A DNA stretch of 64,000 bases, taken from assembly GCA_007117035.1 (NCBI GenBank), contig SKHG01000036.1, forward strand, positions 7,595-71,594, given 5' to 3'. The notes beneath the pieces are model-generated. The model searched no databases. It saw only the letters and a list, made by a program, of their open reading frames with translations, and was not told the origin of the DNA. Shown in pieces: positions 1-9,970 of the stretch (its first letter is position 1; each line of letters starts with the position of its first letter). The translations under genes were made by a program, and so were the position numbers. The stretch is from Candidatus Campbellbacteria bacterium (GTDB taxonomy: Bacteria; Patescibacteriota; Minisyncoccia; Phycocordibacterales; CSBR16-193).

Positions 1-1541
1 TTTTACGTTCGATAGACTCAGTTCTCTTAGTTGTTGATGCACAAGAAGGACCTATGCCTCAAACCAGATTCGTTTTGAAAAAATCATTAGAGATCGGTCA
101 TAAACCAATTGTTGTCTTGAACAAAATAGATAAGCCAGCGGCTGATCCTGCACGTGCTCACGATCAGATTTTAGAACTGTTTATGGAGTTGGGAGCAAAT
201 GATGAGCAACTTGATTTTGTCACAGTCTATAGTATTGGGAAAGATGGTGTAGCAATGAGGTCATTGGATGATGAGAAAAAAGACATCACTCCTTTGTTAG
301 ATGTTATTTTGGAACATGTCTCACCAGCTGAGCCAAAAAATGACTTGCCGCTTAAGGCTCAACCTTTTAACCTAGCTTATGATAATTTCTTGGGTCGAAT
401 GGCAGTCGTTAGAGTTTACCAAGGTGTTCTAAAGAACGGGTCTAGGGTTTTAATAAAAAAACAAGACAATGTTGTTTTAGAAGAAAAAGTAACCAAGATT
501 TTTACATTTGAAGGAATAAAAAGAAAAGAAGTAGAAGAGGTTAGTTCTGGAGATATTGCTCTAGTTGCAGGTTTGGGGGATATATTTATTGGTGACACTG
601 TTTGTGACGATATGGATACAGAAGTATTGCCGACAATTAGTGTTGACGAACCAACCATCTCTTTAAATATTTTAGTTAATGACTCTCCGTTTGGTGGTCG
701 AGATGGAAAATTTGTAACAGGACGACAGATTAGAGATAGGCTTGAAAAGGAATTGGAAGTTAATGTTGGTCTGAAGGCAAATCTTGATGATAAGGTCATG
801 AAAATTCATGGTCGAGGAGAGTTGCATGTAGCGGTACTTTTGGAAAATATGCGTCGAGAGGGTTTTGAGATGTCTGTCTCTCAGCCTCAGGTAATTATTA
901 AAGAGATTGATGGAGTAAAGTCTGAACCGTTTGAAGAGGTGACTGTTGAGATTCCAGCCGAAGCCCAGGGTGCTGTTATAGAAAAACTTGGACGACGAGG
1001 TGTTAAAATGATTGATATGAAGTCAGAAGGGCCTATAGTCAGGATGATTTTTGAAGGTCCGACTCGAGGTTTACTTGGTTATCGTGGCCAGTTTATAATT
1101 GACACTAGAGGTGAAGGAATCATGGCTAGCCGAGTTATTGGTTTCAAGCCGTACGTTGGTGAAATAGAGAAAAAAGTGACTGGCTCGATGGTTTCGATGG
1201 CGACCGGAAAAACCTTAGGATTTTCATTGGTAAATCTTCAAACTCGTGGTGTTTTGTATATTGGGCCTGCTGAAGATGTTTATGAAGGTATGGTTATTGG
1301 GAATACTACAAAAGGTGAGGAAATGACAGTTAACCCAACCAAAGGTAAACAGTTGACCAATATGCGAGCTTCTGGTTCTGACGAGAAGACTTATTTAACT
1401 CCTCCTACACCTATTGATATTGAAGTGGGTCTCGAGATAATTTCTGATGATGAGTATCTTGAGATTACACCAAATAATATTCGTCTACGAAAAAAATACT
1501 TAACTGAGTCTGGACGCAGTAAAGCCAAGCGATCTAGTTAA
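1..1541 (+). CDS. typA: GTP-binding protein TypA/BipA (5'-truncated at window edge; frame continues from nt 3)
   Basis: In-frame translation from nt 3 gives LLVVDAQEGPMPQTRFV, the translational-GTPase G3/G4 region; remainder matches the TypA C-terminal domains; no stop before 1541. Confidence 0.8.
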   Translation, partial: LRSIDSVLLVVDAQEGPMPQTRFVLKKSLEIGHKPIVVLNKIDKPAADPARAHDQILELFMELGANDEQLDFVTVYSIGKDGVAMRSLDDEKKDITPLLDVILEHVSPAEPKNDLPLKAQPFNLAYDNFLGRMAVVRVYQGVLKNGSRVLIKKQDNVVLEEKVTKIFTFEGIKRKEVEEVSSGDIALVAGLGDIFIGDTVCDDMDTEVLPTISVDEPTISLNILVNDSPFGGRDGKFVTGRQIRDRLEKELEVNVGLKANLDDKVMKIHGRGELHVAVLLENMRREGFEMSVSQPQVIIKEIDGVKSEPFEEVTVEIPAEAQGAVIEKLGRRGVKMIDMKSEGPIVRMIFEGPTRGLLGYRGQFIIDTRGEGIMASRVIGFKPYVGEIEKKVTGSMVSMATGKTLGFSLVNLQTRGVLYIGPAEDVYEGMVIGNTTKGEEMTVNPTKGKQLTNMRASGSDEKTYLTPPTPIDIEVGLEIISDDEYLEITPNNIRLRKKYLTESGRSKAKRSS

Positions 1542-1598
1542 AGATATTTAGAGCCACATAATTTTGTGGAAAAAGTGATTTTGAAATTTTTGTGTTAA

Positions 1599-2729
1599 AT
1601 GTTTAAATTTCTTAAAAATATAAATTCTGAGAAAGGAAAACAGAAAGTTTTTTTTGATCAAGTTAGTCGATGGTACTCCAAATATGAAAGGTATTTGATT
1701 CCCGGTTCACTTTTAGCTGGAGTAATCACTGATTTTATTTTGTTTCAACAGATAAATCTTTCTTTAGCTTTTTCTATTTTAACTTTCCATATTGTACTTT
1801 CTGGTTCAATTATTGCTTATCGCAATCTGTATGATTCTCATTGTTTTGGACATCAAAGAAGGATCCTTCAATACCTTCGATTATTTTCCTCGATGATTCT
1901 TCAGTATAGCTTTGGTGCTCTTTTGAGTGGTTTTTTTGTTTTTTATTGGTTCAGTGGAGTTTTTTCAGCAAGCTGGCCATTTATTTTAATAATAATTTTT
2001 TTGATGCTTTCCAACGATCTTTTAAAACGTTATTACTTACGTTTAAGTGTTCAGATTGCAGTATATTATTTTGCAGTTTTTTCGTGGTCAGTTTTGATAC
2101 TACCTTTCTTATTTAGATCTATTACGGTCTGGATTTTTTTACTGAGTGGAATGTTGAGTTTAATAATTATTTATCTGTATATATTTGCACTAAAGAGTAA
2201 GGTAGCAAAAATTTATCAGAAAAAAACAACTATAGGTTATTTAGTAATATCTATATTTATTTTAATGAACGGAATGTATTTTTTAAATATTATTCCGCCG
2301 ATTCCGCTGTCGATGCGTGATGCTGGAGTCTATCATTTTGTAGAAAGAGTAGGTGGGGAATATAAGATAATGACTGAAAGTAGAAGTTTTTTGCAAAATC
2401 TTTTTACAGGTAATAAGATTAGTTTGACACAAGGTCAACCAGTCTATGTTTTTAGTTCTGTTTTTGCTCCAGCTAGAATGGAGGTCGATCTTTCTCACCA
2501 TTGGCAAAAATATGATAAAAATTTAGGTTGGGTTAGTCGAAATAGGGTTCCTTTTAAAATGACTGGAGGTCGTGAGGAAGGCTTCAGAGGATACTCTTTT
2601 AGTAGAAACATTACGAGCGGGCTGTATCGAGTTGATGTTGAAACCTCTCGAGGTCAAGTGATTGGAAGAATAAAATTTGAAGTTTTGATTGTGAACAGTT
2701 CTCCAAAACTAGATGTGGATTGGAAATAA
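1599..2729 (+). CDS. hypothetical polytopic membrane protein with soluble C-terminal domain
   Basis: 376-aa ORF; multiple hydrophobic helices in the N-terminal 230 aa; no recognisable catalytic motif. Confidence 0.5.
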   Translation: MFKFLKNINSEKGKQKVFFDQVSRWYSKYERYLIPGSLLAGVITDFILFQQINLSLAFSILTFHIVLSGSIIAYRNLYDSHCFGHQRRILQYLRLFSSMILQYSFGALLSGFFVFYWFSGVFSASWPFILIIIFLMLSNDLLKRYYLRLSVQIAVYYFAVFSWSVLILPFLFRSITVWIFLLSGMLSLIIIYLYIFALKSKVAKIYQKKTTIGYLVISIFILMNGMYFLNIIPPIPLSMRDAGVYHFVERVGGEYKIMTESRSFLQNLFTGNKISLTQGQPVYVFSSVFAPARMEVDLSHHWQKYDKNLGWVSRNRVPFKMTGGREEGFRGYSFSRNITSGLYRVDVETSRGQVIGRIKFEVLIVNSSPKLDVDWK

Positions 2730-2806
2730 AAAAAAGTTGTCCACCTTTTTGTCTTGAAAAAACGTTTTAAAATAGTATACTTATATTAGGAAGGGGGTGA
2801 TAATGA

Positions 2807-3037
2807 ATGAGCGATAAAAAAATGAGTGTGAGTACTAGAAAACTCTCAGATTGTTTTTTAGCTGGTTGCCTGAAACAAAGATTGCTTCTTCAAATTGAAG
2901 AAGCTCTTGGTCCAGAAAACCGTTGGTATGCCGGAGAGAAGTTAGGACGATCTCCAACAGAAAGTGAAGCTATTCTGTACTATATCGAAAATGGCGGAGC
3001 AGAGTCCTTTTCTAAACGATATTGTTCTGTAGATTAA
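2807..3037 (+). CDS. hypothetical small protein (76 aa)
   Basis: ORF preceded by GGGGGTG RBS-like element and followed immediately by a strong intrinsic terminator. Confidence 0.4.
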   Translation: MSDKKMSVSTRKLSDCFLAGCLKQRLLLQIEEALGPENRWYAGEKLGRSPTESEAILYYIENGGAESFSKRYCSVD

Positions 3038-3067
3038 GACCCTTCAGTTTTTGAGGGGTCTTTTTTT
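3038..3067 (+). terminator. rho-independent terminator (8-bp GC-rich stem gacccttc/gaggggtc plus T7 run)
   Basis: Hairpin and U-tract read directly from the sequence. Confidence 0.7.
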
Positions 3068-3151
3068 ATTTAATATATTTGAATTTTATTTTTAATTTGG
3101 TGTATAATTATTAAGGTCGATAATTATTAGATTTAATTAAGTAAAAATAAT

Positions 3152-3352
3152 ATGAAATTAAATGGAATTACTTGGACAGCTCTTGTACTAACTGTCGTAG
3201 GTGGTCTTAACTGGGGTTTGGTTGGTGCTTTTCAATATAACCTAGTAGAGTCAATTTTAGGTGGTATGGAAGGTCTTGAAAGAACTATCTATGTTGTAGT
3301 TGGTTTGAGTGCTTTGTACCTATTTATCGCTGCAGTATCAAAGAAGTCCTAA
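3152..3352 (+). CDS. DUF378-family small membrane protein
   Basis: 66 aa, two TM helices, GLNWGLVG motif typical of DUF378. Confidence 0.5.
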   Translation: MKLNGITWTALVLTVVGGLNWGLVGAFQYNLVESILGGMEGLERTIYVVVGLSALYLFIAAVSKKS

Positions 3353-3428
3353 TATTTTTAGTCTTCGTTTGAAATACAAAGCCCTCTTTAATTCTTAAAG
3401 GGGGTTTTGTTGTGTTAAGATTATTGGT

Positions 3429-5090
3429 ATGACTCAAAAAGAAGCACTTGAGGTAATGAAGATGGGGGTTAATGTTTTTTTGACAGGTGAACCTGGCTCA
3501 GGTAAGTCTTTTGCAATTAATAGTTATGTTAAGTACCTAAAAGATCATGGTGTTGAACCAGCGGTAACTGCTTCGACCGGCATCGCTGCCACCCATATCG
3601 CTGGTTATACTATTCACTCCTGGAGTGGAATCGGAATTCGTAATCATCTAGACATGTACGAGCTTGAAGCTCTGAATGAAAAACAATACTTAGTTAAGAG
3701 AATTAGAAAAACTAAAGTTTTAATAATTGATGAGGTTTCGATGTTGGATGGAAGGATTTTAGATACTGTTGATATGGTTATGAAGACCATAAAACAGAAT
3801 GAACTCCCGTTTGGTGGAGTTCAGGTTATTTTAGTCGGTGATTTTTTTCAACTACCACCAGTTTCTAGAGATAGATCAGCTTTTTTTGCTTTTGAGTCTG
3901 AGAGTTGGACGAAGGCTAGGTTGGCCACCTGCTATTTGACCGAACAGTTTCGGCAGGAGGATGAAAATATCTGTGAGTTACTTTCAGCTTTTCGCCGATC
4001 TGCTTTAGAGAGAGTTCATTATGAGATGATAGAGTCTCGAATCTGTACAGATGAAAGTTTGGTCCCAAAAGAGTCACCCAAACTTTTTTCGCACAACAAT
4101 GATGTGGACAGAGTTAATGATCTTGAGCTAGAAAAGATTGACGAAGAAGGAAAACTTTTTGTGATGGATTCAAAAGGTAGATCTAGTTTGGTGGAGCAAT
4201 TAAAAAAAGGGTGTTTGTCACCAGAAAGGCTGAACATTAAAATTGGCGCTGTAGTAATGTGTACTAAGAATAATTTTGAGGCAGGTTTTGTGAACGGAAC
4301 AGTTGGAGTTGTCGAGTCTGTTGATCGTCGAACTGGACATCCAGTCATTAAAACTAAAGATAATCGAAGAATTTTAGTTTCGGCTATGGAGTGGTCAATA
4401 GATGAAGACGGCAAGGTTTTAGCTAAAGTTACTCAGATTCCACTTCGTTTAGCTTGGGCTATTACGGTCCACAAAAGTCAGGGAGTGAGTCTTGATTCGG
4501 CATTAATAGATCTGTCTCGTTCTTTCGAATTTGGTCAGGGTTATGTCGCGCTCTCTCGACTTCGAAGCCTCGATGGTTTGTTCTGTTTGGGATATAACGA
4601 AAGAGCTTTCGAGGTTAACCCAAAAATTTCTGAAGTAGACGAAGATTTTAGGAAAAGTTCTCTAATTGCTAGTAAAAGGTTTGGGGTTATGAAAAATGAG
4701 GAGGTGATAAAAAAACAGGATGATTTTTTGTTATCTTCTGGTGGATGTAAAGATATTGAAACAAAGCAAAAAACAAAAAAGAAAACTACTTATGATGTTA
4801 CGGCTGAGATGGTAAAATTTGAAGCTGGTCTAGAATCGGTTGCGAAGGCTAGGAAGTTAACTGTAACCACTGTACTAGGCCATCTGGAGAAGTTAATTCA
4901 GTCTGGATCTATAAAGACTAAAGACATAAAACATCTTTGGAATGATCGTGGTCGTAATGAACGAGAGCTACAAGAGATTCTTAAGGTTTTTACTAAATCA
5001 AAGGATGGAAAACTTCGTCCTGTTTATGATAAATTAAATGGAAAGTATGATTTTGTAGACCTGCGTTTAGCCAGGATACTTCGTAAATAG
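3429..5090 (+). CDS. PIF1/RecD-like ATP-dependent DNA helicase with C-terminal helicase-type HTH (HTH_40-like) extension
   Basis: Walker A GEPGSGKS; DEVSM Walker B; VGDFFQLPPV motif; PIF1-family order of motifs; extra ~110 aa C-terminal domain. Confidence 0.7.
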   Translation: MTQKEALEVMKMGVNVFLTGEPGSGKSFAINSYVKYLKDHGVEPAVTASTGIAATHIAGYTIHSWSGIGIRNHLDMYELEALNEKQYLVKRIRKTKVLIIDEVSMLDGRILDTVDMVMKTIKQNELPFGGVQVILVGDFFQLPPVSRDRSAFFAFESESWTKARLATCYLTEQFRQEDENICELLSAFRRSALERVHYEMIESRICTDESLVPKESPKLFSHNNDVDRVNDLELEKIDEEGKLFVMDSKGRSSLVEQLKKGCLSPERLNIKIGAVVMCTKNNFEAGFVNGTVGVVESVDRRTGHPVIKTKDNRRILVSAMEWSIDEDGKVLAKVTQIPLRLAWAITVHKSQGVSLDSALIDLSRSFEFGQGYVALSRLRSLDGLFCLGYNERAFEVNPKISEVDEDFRKSSLIASKRFGVMKNEEVIKKQDDFLLSSGGCKDIETKQKTKKKTTYDVTAEMVKFEAGLESVAKARKLTVTTVLGHLEKLIQSGSIKTKDIKHLWNDRGRNERELQEILKVFTKSKDGKLRPVYDKLNGKYDFVDLRLARILRK

Positions 5091-5174
5091 GCTTGACTTG
5101 TTACTGATTTAGGTATAGTTTTTGATAAGTTAGTTCTGTTTCTTTTACATAAACAAAAAACAAAAGGAGTTATT

Positions 5175-5663
5175 ATGGCAATGTGTGATGGTTTACCGGT
5201 TCAAAATACTGAAATAAAAAGTTCAGCTAAAATCTGTGTCGACAAAAATCCTGATTTATTTAGCTTGCTTAAGCTAAAAGAGCTCAGGATTATAAGTCCA
5301 TTAGCGGAGTCTTTTTTCCAGGTTATAAATACTGTGGGAGAGAGTTTTGTTGATAGATACTCTATTCCGAGTATTTCTGAGGTAACTGGTTTTACGATTC
5401 CGTTAATGGATGAAGAGCCACAAAAATTCAGTCCAGATCCTGAAAATGGTTTCAGACATGCAACTCTTAGAGAGTTGTTGTCATATCCTTGCTCCACAAC
5501 TCCGGTCCTGTCTCTTTGGTTCATTGTCTCTAGATGGGGACAAACAGAGTTTTGTTTTATGATCTATAAAGAAAAACTCTTGGGTCCAAAGATTCTTGAC
5601 CTTGTTCCGATTAATCTGAAGATCGCTCGTCGATCAGAAATATTATTAATCAAAAAGGATTAG
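5175..5663 (+). CDS. hypothetical protein (162 aa)
   Basis: AAGGAG RBS 8 nt upstream of ATG; followed by a strong terminator; no recognisable domain. Confidence 0.4.
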   Translation: MAMCDGLPVQNTEIKSSAKICVDKNPDLFSLLKLKELRIISPLAESFFQVINTVGESFVDRYSIPSISEVTGFTIPLMDEEPQKFSPDPENGFRHATLRELLSYPCSTTPVLSLWFIVSRWGQTEFCFMIYKEKLLGPKILDLVPINLKIARRSEILLIKKD

Positions 5664-5684
5664 TGCGTATAAGGCAATTTACAA

Positions 5685-5720
5685 CCCCTCGCTAGTATGT
5701 TTGAGCGAGGGGTTTTTTTT
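5685..5720 (+). terminator. rho-independent terminator (cccctcgct...agcgagggg plus T8)
   Basis: 9-bp GC-rich stem and T-run seen directly. Confidence 0.75.
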
Positions 5721-5736
5721 ATACATTGTTTTTTAA

Positions 5737-7020
5737 GTGTGGTATTATATTTATATGAAAAATCTAAAAGATGAACTTCAGGCACGAGGTCTTATAGATA
5801 TATCCTCTGTAACTGACATTTCTGAAATAACAGAGGGCCAGAAAAGAACTCTGTATATCGGTATTGATCCAACTGGAGATTCACTACACATAGGGCATCT
5901 TTTACAGTTTGTTTTGGCTAGACATTTTTTGACCTTTGGACACAAAGTGATTGTTTTGATTGGTGGTGCTACGGGAATGATTGGTGACCCTTCTGGTAAA
6001 AGTGAAGAAAGAATTCTTTTAGATGAGGACACTTTACTCAAAAATTCAAAAAGTATTTGTAATCAGATAAGTTCAATCTTCAATAAAACTGAATTCGACT
6101 TAGTTAACAACAGTGACTGGATTAGTGACCTGAAGTTTGTTTCTTTTTTAAGAGATGTTGGTAAACATTTTACAGTTGGTGCACTTCTGCAAAAAGAGTC
6201 AGTAAAGACTCGTTTGGAGTCAGGGAATGGTATTTCCTACACCGAGTTTAGTTACTCACTAATTCAATCATATGATTATTATCATTTATATAAAAATCAC
6301 GGATGTACTTTGCAGATAGGTGGTTCTGATCAGTGGGGTAATATTTCTACCGGAATAGATTTTGTTCGTCGAAAGACTAGTGATAAAGTCTTTGGCCTGG
6401 CTTCTCCTTTAGTTGTTGATAAGGATGGAAGAAAGCTTGGTAAGACCGCACCCGGAGGAGCAGTCTGGCTTGATTCGCAAAAGACATCACCGTATAAATT
6501 TTATCAGTTTTGGTTGAATGTTGATGATGAGATAGTCTGTAAGTATCTTAGGTTGTTTACATTTGTTCCTGTAAGTGAGATTGATCAGATTGAAAAGTCT
6601 CATAAAATTTCACCACAAAATAGATTAGCCCAACTAACACTGGCTCAAGAAATGACATCTATGTTACATGGAGAGGAAAAAAGTCAGACTGTAAAGAGGG
6701 TCTCTGAGCTACTTTTTGGTTCTACAGAGTTTTATAATCTTTCAGCAGATGAACAAAATATTTTAGCTGATGAGATATCAACTGTTAATGTGTCCAAGTC
6801 GGAAGTTGAGATTGGTGTTCCTTTAGTTGATGTTTTGACTAGATCGGGTCTTGCTAGTTCTAAGACTGAAGCAGGTCGGTTAATTAAGGAAGGTTCTATA
6901 TCATTAAATAACACTAAGAAAACAGTTCAGGATGCAGTCGTTAGTATGGGTGATTTTGCTGGTAGGATACTTCTTTTGAAGAAGGGAAAGAAAAATTTTG
7001 CCTGCGTAAAGATTAAATAA
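5737..7020 (+). CDS. tyrS: tyrosyl-tRNA synthetase (probable true start at ATG 5755)
   Basis: HIGH motif region GIDPTGDSLHIGH; KMSKS-equivalent KLGKT followed by GGAVWLD; C-terminal S4-like domain. Confidence 0.85.
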   Translation: MWYYIYMKNLKDELQARGLIDISSVTDISEITEGQKRTLYIGIDPTGDSLHIGHLLQFVLARHFLTFGHKVIVLIGGATGMIGDPSGKSEERILLDEDTLLKNSKSICNQISSIFNKTEFDLVNNSDWISDLKFVSFLRDVGKHFTVGALLQKESVKTRLESGNGISYTEFSYSLIQSYDYYHLYKNHGCTLQIGGSDQWGNISTGIDFVRRKTSDKVFGLASPLVVDKDGRKLGKTAPGGAVWLDSQKTSPYKFYQFWLNVDDEIVCKYLRLFTFVPVSEIDQIEKSHKISPQNRLAQLTLAQEMTSMLHGEEKSQTVKRVSELLFGSTEFYNLSADEQNILADEISTVNVSKSEVEIGVPLVDVLTRSGLASSKTEAGRLIKEGSISLNNTKKTVQDAVVSMGDFAGRILLLKKGKKNFACVKIK

Positions 7021-7081
7021 TTAGTTTTTTAATTTATTGTATATTAAAAAGTGTGTTATTATGTATAAATAGTAAATAATT

Positions 7082-7738
7082 ATGGATAGTAAAATAAAAG
7101 ATGAATTAGGGTCAAAAAGTGTTAAACAAGCCTGGATTTTTGTCTTTATACTTTTAGCTGTGGCTGTAGTGGTCTTCTTTGTTGTCGATGAGGCAGAACC
7201 AAAGCCAAGATCAGTTTCAATTGAGGATGGAGTTTTAATGTCTAGCACTGGGTCTGTTCTGCTAAAAACAGAAGACCTACCAGATGAGATTTCTGTAACT
7301 CAAGATTCTTCTTTTAGTGTTGACGGTGAAATAACTGGAGCAATTCTTTCTCCTGACAGAAGCTGGGTCGCTATATCTACTAGAGAGGTTACCCATGATA
7401 TTGGCTGGTTGCTTGAGGTAGATGGTAGGAATTTGTACCCAGTTGCTTTTCAGTACGGTGGTGAGGTTTTTGTGGGAGGATGGAGTTTGAACAGTCAATA
7501 TTTTGATTTTGCTATATCAAATCCTGTGCCTCAACAAAGAATAAAGATAATCGATCGTGAAAATATTAATGATTTTGTTTCTGAAACTGGTATAGATATT
7601 GTTATGGAAGGTGAAGTAGACATGCAACCTGAATTTGTGGTTTATGAACGTGGTGCTTGGCAGAACGATGAATTTTGTTTGGTCTTTAGAGAAAGCGAAC
7701 ATTGTTTGACTATTGAAGAAATCGCTTCCATGCGTTAA
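7082..7738 (+). CDS. hypothetical secreted/membrane-anchored protein
   Basis: 218-aa ORF; N-terminal TM helix (WIFVFILLAVAVVVFFVV). Confidence 0.45.
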   Translation: MDSKIKDELGSKSVKQAWIFVFILLAVAVVVFFVVDEAEPKPRSVSIEDGVLMSSTGSVLLKTEDLPDEISVTQDSSFSVDGEITGAILSPDRSWVAISTREVTHDIGWLLEVDGRNLYPVAFQYGGEVFVGGWSLNSQYFDFAISNPVPQQRIKIIDRENINDFVSETGIDIVMEGEVDMQPEFVVYERGAWQNDEFCLVFRESEHCLTIEEIASMR

Positions 7739-7767
7739 TTTTCCCTCAACTTTGTTTTGTTTGTTAT

Positions 7768-8049
7768 ATGGTACAAATATCGGCTATAAAAATGATTGAA
7801 GACGAGAAGGGTTGGGTTTTTGATGTTTTAGTACAATCTGAATTGGAAAAAACCAGACATACTGTGTCTTTAAGTAAGGATGATTATATTAGTTTAACAA
7901 CTAAAAAAATTTCTACTGAGGATTTTGTTAAGAGATGTTTTCAGTTTTTACTGGATAGGGAAAGTGCATCTCAAATAAAAGAAAGTTTTGATATCAGTGA
8001 AATTTCAAAATACTTTCCTGAGTTTGAAAATAAAATTAAAAATATATGA
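7768..8049 (+). CDS. hypothetical protein (93 aa)
   Basis: ORF with ATGA stop/start overlap to the next gene, consistent with translational coupling. Confidence 0.4.
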   Translation: MVQISAIKMIEDEKGWVFDVLVQSELEKTRHTVSLSKDDYISLTTKKISTEDFVKRCFQFLLDRESASQIKESFDISEISKYFPEFENKIKNI

Positions 8050-8723
8050 TTGCTGGTTTTAGGAGTCTAACTTTCTGGGAAAAAATTCAAGTTGGTACTA
8101 GTTTTTTTCTGCTTTTAACTTTAGTTGGTGCTATTGTTTGGTCGGCTTTAAATTTCCAATGGCTGACTTTATTTATTAGTGTGTTAGCTTTTATAGCATC
8201 CACTGTTCCCTTTATATGGTTAAAAAAACGCTACCACTTGTTTTTGCCTGTAGAGTTCCAGTTTGCAGTTGTTCTTTTTGTCTACGCCTCACTGTTTTTA
8301 GGTGAACTTGGTTTCTATGAAAGATTTTGGTGGTGGGATATGGTCCTGCATACTGGAAGCGGTTTTGCTATAGGATTTTTGGGTTTTTTAATTCTCCTCC
8401 TTTTGCATTTGAAGGGTAAGTTTTCTGTCAGTCCTTATTTGTTTGCTTTCTTCACATTTAGTTTTGCTCTTTCTTTAGGGGCTTTGTGGGAAATTTTCGA
8501 GTTTGCTATAGATGTTTTTTTTGACACCAATATGCAGAGAAGAGAAACAGGTGTGGTTGATACAATGAATGATCTCATACTTGATGCAATCGGAGCTTTG
8601 ATTGCTTCGGTCTTTGCATATGAGTATATAAATCATGAGAAAAAAGATCATCAAAGACCAATGCTCTTTAGGTATTTGGTGGTAAAATTTCTAAAAAAGA
8701 ATCCAAAAATTTTAGATAAATAA
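8046..8723 (+). CDS. hypothetical integral membrane protein (possibly DUF2238/YjdF-like)
   Basis: 225 aa, 5-6 TM helices; family assignment is tentative. Confidence 0.45.
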   Translation: MIAGFRSLTFWEKIQVGTSFFLLLTLVGAIVWSALNFQWLTLFISVLAFIASTVPFIWLKKRYHLFLPVEFQFAVVLFVYASLFLGELGFYERFWWWDMVLHTGSGFAIGFLGFLILLLLHLKGKFSVSPYLFAFFTFSFALSLGALWEIFEFAIDVFFDTNMQRRETGVVDTMNDLILDAIGALIASVFAYEYINHEKKDHQRPMLFRYLVVKFLKKNPKILDK

Positions 8724-8784
8724 GAGTATTTAAAATAGTGTGTTAGAATAAAAAACGTGCTTGTAAGTTAATATAAATAATTTT

Positions 8785-9498
8785 ATGGATAAAAAAGGAG
8801 TTTCAATATTTATTGGTGTTTTAGTTTTACTTTTTGCGCTTTTGTACTTTTTTAGTGTCAGGATGCAAGAGCCGAAGGTCTCGATTGATCCAGATACTCA
8901 ACTACCAGCTTTTGAGATTGAGCAAGACGATTTAATTAAAGGTAATCCAGAGAGTCAGATTGTTTTAATGGAGTACAGTGATTTCCAGTGTCCTTCCTGT
9001 AAGTCTGTGTATCCTTTTATCTCTAGCTTAGTAGAGGATTTTGAAGATGAGATGGTTTTTGTGTACAGACATTTTCCACTACCACAGTTTAGCAATGCTC
9101 GTCTGTCTGCCTCAGCTGGAGAAGCTGCTGCTATACAGGGAGAGTTTTGGGCTATGCACGATATGATATTTGATGGTCAAGAGAATTGGTCTAGACTTGG
9201 TCGCAGTTCTGCTGAAGATGTTTTTGTGGGATATGCCGAAGAGCTTGGTTTGGATGTTAGTAAATTCCGGTCTGATTTAAGTTCACAAGTGGTTCGAGAA
9301 AAGATTGAAAAGGATAGACTGTCTGGTGTACAGCTAGGAGTAAGAGGTACACCAACATTCTTTTTAAACGGTCAGGTTATTGATTTACAGTCATTAACAC
9401 AAACACTAGAAAGTTTGATCAGAGATAGTGTGGAGATAGATGTTGATGATTTAGAGTCTGAAACTGACACAGAACCTGATCTAGAAGATGAGTACTAA
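8785..9498 (+). CDS. DsbA-family thiol:disulfide oxidoreductase (membrane-anchored thioredoxin fold)
   Basis: N-terminal TM; CPSC active-site CxxC; C-terminal GVRGTPTFFLNG typical of DsbA/Trx-fold. Confidence 0.75.
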   Translation: MDKKGVSIFIGVLVLLFALLYFFSVRMQEPKVSIDPDTQLPAFEIEQDDLIKGNPESQIVLMEYSDFQCPSCKSVYPFISSLVEDFEDEMVFVYRHFPLPQFSNARLSASAGEAAAIQGEFWAMHDMIFDGQENWSRLGRSSAEDVFVGYAEELGLDVSKFRSDLSSQVVREKIEKDRLSGVQLGVRGTPTFFLNGQVIDLQSLTQTLESLIRDSVEIDVDDLESETDTEPDLEDEY

Positions 9499-9946
9499 TA
9501 TTTTAAAAAGTAGATTTCTTTGGCCAGTCTTTTTTGCGTCTGGAACATTTGGTGCATTCGACGCCTTCTATTTAACGTGGGAGCATTTTAAGGGTGTCGT
9601 ACCTCCTTGTACTATTGATGGATGTGAGCAGGTTTTGACTAGTGAGTACGCGACTCTGTTGACTGTGCCAATTTCTCTATTTGGTTTCTTGTTCTACTTA
9701 ACCGCTTTGGTTATAGCTGCATGGTATATTAAAAGATCTAGCACAAAAAAATTATTTTTGTTGCTAGTACTTACAACTTCAGGTCTTTTTGTTTCATTCC
9801 TTTTAATCTACGTACAGTTATTTGTTTTGGAAGCGATATGTCTTTACTGTATGTTTTCTGCCTTCAGCACTTTCTTGCTGTGGACAATTTCTTTCGTGGT
9901 ATACTTTTTAGATAAGAGGGATTTACAAAATAGAATTTCTTTTTAG
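9488..9946 (+). CDS. vitamin K epoxide reductase (VKOR) family protein
   Basis: Loop cysteine pair CTIDGC and TM4 active site CLYC; 4-5 TM helices; adjacent to DsbA-like gene. Confidence 0.7.
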   Translation: MSTNILKSRFLWPVFFASGTFGAFDAFYLTWEHFKGVVPPCTIDGCEQVLTSEYATLLTVPISLFGFLFYLTALVIAAWYIKRSSTKKLFLLLVLTTSGLFVSFLLIYVQLFVLEAICLYCMFSAFSTFLLWTISFVVYFLDKRDLQNRISF

Positions 9947-9970
9947 ATTCTGTTTAAATTAAAATAATTT

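Noticed and set aside
416-799. Minus-strand ORFs in the track that lie inside confidently assigned plus-strand genes (for example 416-799, 4019-4414, 5778-6041, 10928-11167, 12341-12790, 17730-17966, 20447-20716, 21398-22197, 23274-23549, 25950-26147, 27112-27321, 38668-38877, 40363-40837, 52028-52349, 53333-54506, 54747-55895, 56889-57119, 58176-59187, 62027-62215)
   Set aside because: They are antisense to genes with clear family motifs along their whole length; they look like typical low-GC shadow ORFs, with no RBS or motif support.
5201-5524. 107-aa minus-strand ORF overlapping hypothetical gene 5175-5663
   Set aside because: The plus-strand ORF has an AAGGAG RBS and is bracketed by an upstream gene stop and a downstream terminator in plus orientation; the minus ORF lacks any signals. 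Neither has domain support, so confidence in the plus call remains modest.
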